64,000 bases of DNA from a virus (Duplodnaviria; Caudoviricetes), in the IMG/VR virus record IMGVR_UViG_3300047283_000054; one strand, written 5' to 3'. Under the pieces are notes generated by a model. The model saw nothing but the letters and a program-made list of their open reading frames with translations. It ran no database searches and had not been told where the DNA came from. Shown piece by piece: positions 28,792-36,562 of this stretch. Numbering within the stretch: position 1 is the first letter of the stretch; every line of letters begins with the position of its first letter. The translations under genes were made by a program, and so were the position numbers.

Positions 28792-30360
28792 TTAATGTTT
28801 AGTGTGCGATTTGATACATTCTCTCCAGTAACTCTTTAGTTCCGGAAACGTTTCCATAAAATTCGTTTGCCTGCGTCTATCATATTCAGTGATGAACATG
28901 TAGAAGTTCTTCTTATTTAGTAATAGTTGCTCTTGGGGTAGAGATTCTTTCATTATAGCAAGGTCTCGCTTGATTTTCAATAGCTCATATGGTTTAAATC
29001 CCTCAAATGTTTCCAAATAGTCGTCACCCTGTACATTATCTTCCATGTACTTTAAGCAACGTTCTACTTCATCGATACCATATTGTCCTGCATTTTGAAT
29101 ACTGAACCAAGGAGGGTATCTTAGTATTGGAATGTCAAAGAATACACGTTGGTATTTCTTTTGGGTATAGACTTTGTGAACAATGTCGTTCTCTTTTTCT
29201 GTTTCTGTTTGTTCTGGTGCAATCTCAAATTCAACTTGACTACGACCACCAAACTCTGCTCTTAACTCTAATACCATTTCTAAGAACTTATGTAAGCTAG
29301 GAATAGACATGATGTTAAACGTATTAATAAAGCTAACAGTACTATACTTTGTTTCACGTAAAAAGGTTCTTACATTATTAAGCATACGTTCAAACTCTAA
29401 GCCAGTACGCATATATTCAGCTTGTTCACCGAATCCATCTAATGATACAAATAACCAAAAGTGTTTGAATCCTTTATCTACATACCAATGATTGCCACTG
29501 AACTCATTAAAGTTTTCTTTATCTTCGTATGTACGTAGTTCTTCAATTGCTTTAACTTTCTCAATAAACTTGTCAAACAACTTCTGGTCGGGAGGACACA
29601 TATTGCTTGTGATAGATAACTCAAGTTGGCCGTGAGGATTCTCATTCACGTAGTCAAGTACTTTGAATGTGTTCTTGTCCATGAGTGGCTCACCACCTGT
29701 CATTCTGAATACACGTAGTTTGCGATAGATTTCAGGAAACCATTGCCAGAATGCTTCAACATAAGGATTGTCTTTGTTTGCAACCTTAAGTGGCATCATC
29801 CCTTTTTGTTCTAATGCCTCTAAGTTATTATGTATCATTCCGGTTAATTGATAACCACCGTGCTTCTTAACTTCTTCTTCCCAACTACTGGAAAGATGTG
29901 GACTACAATACATACATTTAAAGTTACATGCTTGATTGAAATTGACTTCTACGTATCGAGGGACAACATCATAGTCAAATTTATTTTGAGTAACTTCTTC
30001 AAACGTAGGTGCATTCCACCACTCACTACTGCGATAGTGTCTATCACTCATATGACCTTTAGGATCATCACTTATAGCATCTTCTACTTTCCAGCAGTAA
30101 CTACAACCTTCTGGTCGTTTGCCTTCAAGCATTTGTTTACGTTCGTGTATTTTGATGGGAGTATTATGTAAAGCACTAGGTTGTAATTTTAATAAGTCCA
30201 AGGGGATTTTGTGTGTGGGTGGGTGGTAACAACTCTGTGTCAATCCACTAGGTAAGTGAATTGATACTTGTTGCCATTTAGCAAGACACAAAGATGGGCT
30301 GACCGCATTTAAGCGGTCACGCATATCACGGGCAAACTGGTCGTACTCGCCGCTCATCAC
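28792..30360 (-). CDS. Radical SAM protein, N-terminal twitch-like module (subfamily A)
   Basis: CLAKW...SCYHPP...CSYC; CNFKCMYC; TGGEP. Confidence 0.9.
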   Translation of the reverse strand: MMSGEYDQFARDMRDRLNAVSPSLCLAKWQQVSIHLPSGLTQSCYHPPTHKIPLDLLKLQPSALHNTPIKIHERKQMLEGKRPEGCSYCWKVEDAISDDPKGHMSDRHYRSSEWWNAPTFEEVTQNKFDYDVVPRYVEVNFNQACNFKCMYCSPHLSSSWEEEVKKHGGYQLTGMIHNNLEALEQKGMMPLKVANKDNPYVEAFWQWFPEIYRKLRVFRMTGGEPLMDKNTFKVLDYVNENPHGQLELSITSNMCPPDQKLFDKFIEKVKAIEELRTYEDKENFNEFSGNHWYVDKGFKHFWLFVSLDGFGEQAEYMRTGLEFERMLNNVRTFLRETKYSTVSFINTFNIMSIPSLHKFLEMVLELRAEFGGRSQVEFEIAPEQTETEKENDIVHKVYTQKKYQRVFFDIPILRYPPWFSIQNAGQYGIDEVERCLKYMEDNVQGDDYLETFEGFKPYELLKIKRDLAIMKESLPQEQLLLNKKNFYMFITEYDRRRQTNFMETFPELKSYWRECIKSHTKH

Positions 30361-31310
30361 CAGCCCTGAATCTGACGAATAACTTCCATCTCTGTTACCA
30401 GTGGGCCACGATTGTATTTGTCTGCACCATAGTGACGTTTAAAGAATTTACTTTGTAAGCCATCTAATGTGGCCATCGGTAGTCCTAGTTTATTATTCAA
30501 TGCGGCTCCTAGTAATGCTGATTCACGCACAGGATCTCTATTCACGTGTTCTTCCCACAACGTGATGTAGTTATCAAACCATTGAACATTGGCGTGATCC
30601 CATTCAGTAAGCATAGTCATGTATGTACCAAGACGGGCACCATATATAGCCCATTCACCGTTCTCAACATCCATACCAACATTATGCCATATCGTTAAGT
30701 TATCTAAGTTACGACTTGCTACTGTTTCTTTAAATTGATCCACAGTAGGACGAGCACCTCTATCTAAACTCATCTTAACACCTTCACGAAAACCTGCACG
30801 CCAAGCTTGAAATGGTGTCATATTTGGATATGTAGTTGAATAGCAATCCCACATAGCCCAATATAAGTTATCATCCCCGCCCATACAGAAGTCAGCAATA
30901 CGTGATACATCACCGTCTTTTTGATGTTCATGTGTTTTCATATTAGCAACATATTCTTTAGTCCAACTGCTCATGCCACCATTACCATAACGCAATCCGT
31001 TAATGTTATTGATAGCTTTCCAACGAAACTGTGCTTGTCTAAACTTTTCGTCTTTGTCAGTAAAGTCTAATTGAATGTTGAAGAAACTTTCTTCAGGCAT
31101 GTTGTCGCCGTCAATTAGAATGAAGCGTTCTGTGTCACTCGCTTCACCGGCGGCTTTGTGTGCCGCATCACTGCCCTTAACATTGTCAACACGCTTTGCC
31201 CAAGGCACCATGTGTTTAACTTTAAGCCAAAATTCTTCTTTCTGTGGTTCATCATAGCTTAGATAAATGCAATCTAAGTCTGCTACATCAATAATATCAT
31301 TCGAGTTCAT
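30357..31310 (-). CDS. Glycosyltransferase-like protein (GT-A fold)
   Basis: DCIYLSYDEP...RVDNVKGSDAAHKAAGEASDTERFILIDGDN, with DxD after a hydrophobic strand as in GT2-like enzymes. Confidence 0.65.
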   Translation of the reverse strand: MNSNDIIDVADLDCIYLSYDEPQKEEFWLKVKHMVPWAKRVDNVKGSDAAHKAAGEASDTERFILIDGDNMPEESFFNIQLDFTDKDEKFRQAQFRWKAINNINGLRYGNGGMSSWTKEYVANMKTHEHQKDGDVSRIADFCMGGDDNLYWAMWDCYSTTYPNMTPFQAWRAGFREGVKMSLDRGARPTVDQFKETVASRNLDNLTIWHNVGMDVENGEWAIYGARLGTYMTMLTEWDHANVQWFDNYITLWEEHVNRDPVRESALLGAALNNKLGLPMATLDGLQSKFFKRHYGADKYNRGPLVTEMEVIRQIQGW

Positions 31311-31632
31311 ATGTTGTTAATTTCCAATTAATAGTTTTACCTTTGTAGGTTTTATCTACTATAATACTAATATCTTCTTCAGCACAAGCAATACCATCTT
31401 CCTTACTAGGCATAAGCTTTGATACAACTGCACTTGCAACTACAGTAGAAATTTTCCCGTCAATGACTCTAACGTCCGGTCTACCTATAGCATATGTTGT
31501 TGCATCAATTACGATGTAGTTACCTTCAGGCTTCTCACAACTGTAGAAAAGCACTTTACCTTTATCGTCATAGTAAAGTCTGAATTCAGGTTTGATGATA
31601 GCTGGAGCTTCCCAGAGTATTACATGTTCCAT
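31297..31632 (-). CDS. Hypothetical protein
   Basis: 111-aa ORF overlapping both neighbours in the operon. Confidence 0.75.
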   Translation of the reverse strand: MEHVILWEAPAIIKPEFRLYYDDKGKVLFYSCEKPEGNYIVIDATTYAIGRPDVRVIDGKISTVVASAVVSKLMPSKEDGIACAEEDISIIVDKTYKGKTINWKLTTYELE

Positions 31633-32393
31633 TTATATTTCTCTATTAGTTTATCACTAAATGACTTTATATGATAGTGAAATGGATATTCTTGTACGTA
31701 TGTGTTCACCTTAATTGCATCGGTGGTACATTCGTATACAAGAGTATCAGTCCAATTTTCAGTAAATGTTCCGGTAATAAATTGCTTCATATGAGTCATT
31801 GACAATTCATTAAAATTAGGTAGTGTAGTTTTTTCTACTCCAATAATATGACTTGCAATAGCGTATACCCAATCAGTAGTTGCTTCTTCTGTTGGATTAC
31901 ATTTTAATATTGCTTTATATTCTTCCCAATTCTCAAACACATTTCTGACAATACCAAAGAATTGTTCTGCTGTCTCAGACTTTTTAAAATAAGTAATGGC
32001 GTTATAAATATCAGGAAGATTGTTGTCATCAATGAATTTTCGATATACTCTTACATTAGAAATTTCACCTTTATAATTACGAATATTCGTACATAATGTC
32101 ACATCGTTGATTGACATTATATCAAACCAATGGTCAATGCTTCGTGGTAAAAATATATCAGCTTCTAACTTGATTGTTTCGTCATACGGACTTGCTTCAT
32201 ACACTTGCCAATCATTAATGAGCTTCCAATCACTATCAGGTGCTTGATCGCCGTGTGGTAACATATCAGTTGTGATAATAGTTACATTAGCATCAGGCAT
32301 TACTCGTTTGATACTTAGTTCTAATATTTCAGCACACTTAACATAGTCGGTTTTTTCTGTGTTTTGTGCCATGATTACAAAACCTCTTGTCAT
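31620..32393 (-). CDS. Glycosyltransferase-like protein (nucleotide-diphospho-sugar transferase), EAD in place of DxD
   Basis: RGFVIMA...YVKCA...SPYDETIKLEADIF; paralogue of 32390-33193. Confidence 0.65.
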   Translation of the reverse strand: MTRGFVIMAQNTEKTDYVKCAEILELSIKRVMPDANVTIITTDMLPHGDQAPDSDWKLINDWQVYEASPYDETIKLEADIFLPRSIDHWFDIMSINDVTLCTNIRNYKGEISNVRVYRKFIDDNNLPDIYNAITYFKKSETAEQFFGIVRNVFENWEEYKAILKCNPTEEATTDWVYAIASHIIGVEKTTLPNFNELSMTHMKQFITGTFTENWTDTLVYECTTDAIKVNTYVQEYPFHYHIKSFSDKLIEKYKWNM

Positions 32394-33193
32394 TCTATTA
32401 ATTCCATAAAGTTAAGTTTGTTCATTACATGGAAATCCATATCTTTGATTGTGGTATATTCTTTTTTAAGTTTACTGCGTTGCCAATTGTCATGTATTAT
32501 AGTATATTCTGTGTTAAATTCATCATCATTGTTTTTATAGATATGAACATTCTTTTGGCCCAAATGAACTAAGTTCCACGGGATAAAATCTTGTTTAACA
32601 GATGTGTGCCCGTTCGCTATTCTAAGTGCAAGTGTTAGTGCGTAATCGTTTCTAAATGTCCCGGCAACAAACCCATGCAAGTTGCTATAATGTTCAAAGT
32701 TTTTCTGGACCATTTCCAAACACTCAAATATTTGTTTAGCACGATTAGATTTTTTAAATGCAACTACTGTAGCCCATAATGTTTCAAAACTATATACACT
32801 AAGAACTTCTTGTACCAATCCAGGCTGCATTAGATAACTTGTTTTGTTATGACAACAAAAGTCATCATAGTAATTGAATACATCTAATATCTTATTTGAG
32901 TTGACCATATAGTCAGTATCAAGCAATAGTGTTTCATCATACGGACTAAGTTCATATGCTTGATATCGACCTTTGTTGATCCACATTCCCCAATCTCGGT
33001 TATTGCTTTTATCAGGCTCGACTAATATAGTGTTGTCAAATTTATAAAGGTCATTAGATAATGAGGATTCATCTGTCACAACTGTGACAGGCATGTCCAA
33101 AAAGTGATTGATTCGTTTTGCAGTAGCAACTGCCATTTTGTAGTAATCAAACTTTGGCGAATTGAATGCAAATAATATTGCTCCTCTGCTCAT
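32390..33193 (-). CDS. Glycosyltransferase-like protein (GT-A fold, DxD)
   Basis: RGAILFA...YYKMA...SPYDETLLLDTDY...RNDYAL...FHVMNK. Confidence 0.7.
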   Translation of the reverse strand: MSRGAILFAFNSPKFDYYKMAVATAKRINHFLDMPVTVVTDESSLSNDLYKFDNTILVEPDKSNNRDWGMWINKGRYQAYELSPYDETLLLDTDYMVNSNKILDVFNYYDDFCCHNKTSYLMQPGLVQEVLSVYSFETLWATVVAFKKSNRAKQIFECLEMVQKNFEHYSNLHGFVAGTFRNDYALTLALRIANGHTSVKQDFIPWNLVHLGQKNVHIYKNNDDEFNTEYTIIHDNWQRSKLKKEYTTIKDMDFHVMNKLNFMELIE

Positions 33194-33498
33194 CGCTTAG
33201 ACTCTAACTCTTTCCATTCTTTGTGCCAATCAAGCATAACTTTTTGATAAGTAGACTTTAATACTTCTAATAGTTGTTCACGTTTAACTTCTACTGGATT
33301 ATCAAATGTATCAATTAATATGACAAAGTTATCATCACTTAATGCACTTAAGAATCCGATAAATTCAGGAGTTGCTTTCCAAAGTCCCCCTTGTTCGGCA
33401 ACAATAAACTTGCCGTCATACTTATCTTTTAATTGTGCTTTGGCACTGTTGTGATTAAATCTGGCTTTCGCCTCGCTGATTAAGGTTTTGGTATCCAT
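33190..33498 (-). CDS. Hypothetical protein (possible tail-fibre assembly-type protein); first gene of the enzyme operon
   Basis: 102 aa, AGGAG Shine-Dalgarno, located just downstream of the fibre genes. Function inferred from position only. Confidence 0.6.
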   Translation of the reverse strand: MDTKTLISEAKARFNHNSAKAQLKDKYDGKFIVAEQGGLWKATPEFIGFLSALSDDNFVILIDTFDNPVEVKREQLLEVLKSTYQKVMLDWHKEWKELESKR

Positions 33499-33519
33499 CT
33501 ATAACTCCTGACTTAAGAG

Positions 33520-33526
33520 TATTTAG
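33520..33526 (-). promoter_or_regulatory. Putative late promoter (CTAAATA) at the head of the enzyme operon
   Basis: In the 51-nt gap between the structural and enzyme blocks; same core as the other motifs. Confidence 0.55.
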
Positions 33527-33549
33527 ATAGATACCAATCTATTGAAAAA

Positions 33550-34503
33550 TTAAGATACTGAAACTGAACCAGCCAATGAGATTGTACCCCATGTATTGGC
33601 AATATTAGTAACTTCAGGTGGACGAACTGTCAATACTGTTGTTGAACCTGTGCCAACTGTTAAGCCGTTTGGAATTTCATCCCAAACTGTAGTGATTGTA
33701 ATAACATTACCACGGTCACCGTTTGAACCAACTGTACCATTTGTTTTAGCAAAGATATTGATGTTAGTTGATAGATATCCTGATGGACCAGTTGATGCTG
33801 TTTGATAATAAATATTTGCATTACTTGTTGTTAGTGCGTAATATCCACTGTTTGTTGAAACAGTTGGGGCATTACCTCCACCACCTACACGTGTAACACC
33901 GCTATACGATGTTCCAGCAATAGTTACTGTTCCTGATGTAGGTGCAGATAAAACTACAGTACCAACATTAGAACATAAATTATTTAATAATAAATTAATA
34001 CCAGCGGTAGTATTAGCATGTGATACAGTAACAGCTAATTGACCACCTGAATTGAAAAAGTAACGTGCCGCATCACCATTAGCAAACGTAGCTGTTTGTG
34101 TGAATGTTGCAATACTTGTCCAAGTAGCACCTGATACTACAGTATTTGATGTTGTAGAACTTTGTGTTGCCGCATTCAATCTACTTGTATAAATGGTTGT
34201 CAAGTTAGTAGGAATAGCAGATAGATATGTAATTGTTCCACCTGTTGCCGGGGCAGTTACACTGGTGATAGAAGTACCCTGATGGGTGGCCGCACTTGCA
34301 GTTCTATTTACCAAATTAGCCCAACTTGATGCTAAAATAGTATCACCGGTTGCAACGTTTGCTAATGCGGGTTGACCATAACCAGCTGTGGTACCACCTG
34401 TAGCCCAAACAGTATTCAATGTTCCTGAGGCTGTAGCCGGGTTTCCTCCAACTAATCCATTATAATCTGCGGCTGCAATTGTCTGATATTGTGCGTAACT
34501 CAT
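33550..34503 (-). CDS. Virion structural protein, tail-fibre-associated (T/S/G-rich)
   Basis: 317 aa with beta-rich low-charge composition (FANGDAARYFFNSGG); adjacent to the fibre gene. Confidence 0.65.
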   Translation of the reverse strand: MSYAQYQTIAAADYNGLVGGNPATASGTLNTVWATGGTTAGYGQPALANVATGDTILASSWANLVNRTASAATHQGTSITSVTAPATGGTITYLSAIPTNLTTIYTSRLNAATQSSTTSNTVVSGATWTSIATFTQTATFANGDAARYFFNSGGQLAVTVSHANTTAGINLLLNNLCSNVGTVVLSAPTSGTVTIAGTSYSGVTRVGGGGNAPTVSTNSGYYALTTSNANIYYQTASTGPSGYLSTNINIFAKTNGTVGSNGDRGNVITITTVWDEIPNGLTVGTGSTTVLTVRPPEVTNIANTWGTISLAGSVSVS

Positions 34504-34512
34504 TGTTTATCC

Positions 34513-35745
34513 TTAATTTATTTTAACGAAGGCTTCTACGGCCCCTATTTCGTCAGTCAGTTTATCTTCCAATGAACGACCAATTATATTGAATGCAGTA
34601 GCCTCACCTTTTTGTGCGGCACGTGCCATACCATTACCGGCGCTTACTAAACGCTGGCCTTTTTTAACTTTACCTGTTACTTTAACTTGAACTCGTCCAC
34701 CAACTGCGATTGCGGGGTGAGTGTCATCTGAACCTGCCATAGCGTTCATTAAGTAGCCCGCAGTTGACGATACAACACCAAATACATCTTCTGATAATTC
34801 GTATTGCACCGCAGTAATTTCTTTGTCTCCGCCCATCTCAACAACAGTACCTGCATCATAGAAAGCATCAGCTTCAAAGCGTTCTGCCAAGTCAGCATAT
34901 GTTGACTGTAAACGTGATCCTGCACTTAGTGTGAAATTACCTGTTATAGTACCGGCTGTTGTGTTTGCACCGGTTGTTAATGTTGTTGCTGTTACTGTTG
35001 TTGCAAGAATAGCACCGTTGTATACCGGTAGATATGAAGCTACGTTAGCATTAGAATACGAACCGGCAAAGCTAATTGCCGCGCCGTTAGCATAATAATA
35101 ACCATCTGTTCTAATACCTAGTGGGCTTCCTGTACCACCTACTACCAGATTACCACCTGTGACCCACATACTTGTACCAGCAATACTATTAGCAGTACCT
35201 GCACCGTTCTGAGTTAATACCCCGGTTAGTGTTACTGCGGTTGACTGTGATCCTGCATTGATAGATTGAGTAAACAATGAACCAATGTTACCAGTACCAA
35301 TATTTGCTGTACCTGAGCTAATATTTGCTGTAGAACTTACAGAAATATTTGTGAAAATTCCATTTGCACCAGAAACATTATTAACAGCAGTAACGTTGTT
35401 TGCCGATAAGTTACCGGTAACTTGCACTGAACCAAAAGTAGTTGTAGAGTTTGCTGAACTTACAGCTAATGAAACCCAAGCATTTGCGTTTGACAATCCG
35501 TCTGTTGGACAAACATACAATGTGTTTGCATTAGTGTTATACCATAATTGACCAGTTAACGGATTAGCCGGTGGTGTTGTGTCTGCAAAATTTTCCAGTT
35601 GGTGAACAAAGTTTGTGTCTAGTGTTTGACCATAACCAGCATAGTTTCTTCCGGGAAGTCCTACGGAAGTGCTAGTGGTATTTATAGTACCGTCAGCGAT
35701 GGTTGTTAGAACCGTTCCATCACTTTTTACAATTGTATATGCCAT
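34513..35745 (-). CDS. Tail fibre protein with C-terminal intramolecular-chaperone/autoproteolytic-like domain
   Basis: N-terminal GRNYAGYG...LENFA...GQLWY, N/G/T-rich shaft, C-terminal YADLAERF...GVVS...GRVQVKVTG...IIGRSLE. Confidence 0.75.
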   Translation of the reverse strand: MAYTIVKSDGTVLTTIADGTINTTSTSVGLPGRNYAGYGQTLDTNFVHQLENFADTTPPANPLTGQLWYNTNANTLYVCPTDGLSNANAWVSLAVSSANSTTTFGSVQVTGNLSANNVTAVNNVSGANGIFTNISVSSTANISSGTANIGTGNIGSLFTQSINAGSQSTAVTLTGVLTQNGAGTANSIAGTSMWVTGGNLVVGGTGSPLGIRTDGYYYANGAAISFAGSYSNANVASYLPVYNGAILATTVTATTLTTGANTTAGTITGNFTLSAGSRLQSTYADLAERFEADAFYDAGTVVEMGGDKEITAVQYELSEDVFGVVSSTAGYLMNAMAGSDDTHPAIAVGGRVQVKVTGKVKKGQRLVSAGNGMARAAQKGEATAFNIIGRSLEDKLTDEIGAVEAFVKIN

Positions 35746-35769
35746 TAATATTACTCCGGTGTTCTCTTT

Positions 35770-35777
35770 TATTTATC
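35770..35777 (-). promoter_or_regulatory. Putative late promoter GATAAATA
   Basis: Intergenic, upstream of the fibre gene. Confidence 0.6.
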
Positions 35778-36398
35778 TTATATCGTCACTAAGTTCGTTA
35801 GTGCTTGGATTCTGACAGTATAATCTATCTGAATTTGTCTATTTAAACTCTTTTGGACTGGGTGAAAAATAACGTGCGTCAATAATCGTGTAATGACGTT
35901 TCCGTTACTATCAGTTCCATAGTTTGCTAATAAACCTAATTCGTCAAAAATATAGCTTGAATCAGTTTGTGTGCTGTTATCAAATGCTGCCTGTCCTGAC
36001 GGCTCGCCGTAGTCAAGTAAACATTGTACCAAAATGTCTGTATATACACGGCCTGTTGTGTGAGATACAGTCATTTTATTTCGTGTAGGGTCAAGATTGA
36101 AAACACTGGTATCATCTACGATTTTAGCGTAGGTTTGATTGTATAGTGCCGCATTCTGACCTGTTGTATTTGGGGGCAAATAAGTGATAACTCCGGTTTC
36201 GTCAACTGACGCACCACCATTACCAAATGCCATTTGATAGATTTCTCCGTAGCCACGACTACTTAGTGTGTCAGCAATTGCTTCTGACATATTTTCATAA
36301 TTAATGGCATTGTGTTTATCCACGAACACTTCCCCGTTATTGGGATCGTAGACTTTCAAAAAGCCTTCAATTTTATATGTTAATTGTATTCCTGACAT
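35778..36398 (-). CDS. Baseplate/tail-fibre attachment-type structural protein
   Basis: MAFGNGG...LDYGEP...FDELGL...THVIFHPVQKS...IDYTVRI; lies between the giant wedge-like protein and the fibre. Confidence 0.65.
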   Translation of the reverse strand: MSGIQLTYKIEGFLKVYDPNNGEVFVDKHNAINYENMSEAIADTLSSRGYGEIYQMAFGNGGASVDETGVITYLPPNTTGQNAALYNQTYAKIVDDTSVFNLDPTRNKMTVSHTTGRVYTDILVQCLLDYGEPSGQAAFDNSTQTDSSYIFDELGLLANYGTDSNGNVITRLLTHVIFHPVQKSLNRQIQIDYTVRIQALTNLVTI

Positions 36399-36547
36399 TA
36401 GTTATCGCCCCGTGTTTGAACCAAAACTTCTTTAGTATTTGGATCTGTTATTTTTAGAAATGATGAAAAATAGAAGCCTCCGGACTCATCGGGTTTTGGT
36501 CCAACTTCCGGTTTATCTTCTATTTTATTTTCTTGATTATTATTCAT
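36398..36547 (-). CDS. 49-aa small protein
   Basis: Below the track cutoff: MNNNQENKIEDKPEVGPKPDESGGFYFSSFLKITDPNTKEVLVQTRGDN*. TAATG overlap with the next gene; preceded by GATAAATA. Confidence 0.7.
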   Translation of the reverse strand: MNNNQENKIEDKPEVGPKPDESGGFYFSSFLKITDPNTKEVLVQTRGDN

Positions 36548-36552
36548 TTACT

Positions 36553-36560
36553 TATTTATC
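36553..36560 (-). promoter_or_regulatory. Putative late promoter GATAAATA
   Basis: Intergenic, directly after the giant gene's stop codon. Confidence 0.6.
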
Positions 36561-36562
36561 TC

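Noticed and set aside
8851-30360. Assigning moaA, pqqE, nrdG or anSME symbols, or calling a classical RiPP cluster
   Set aside because: Family-specific motifs and partner genes are absent; no RRE/PqqD domain, peptidase or exporter was recognised. The peptide-substrate idea is kept only as a minor alternative.
33527-33543. Hairpin ATAGAT-N4-ATCTAT between the tail and enzyme blocks as a terminator
   Set aside because: Weak AT-rich stem with no downstream U tract on the coding strand.
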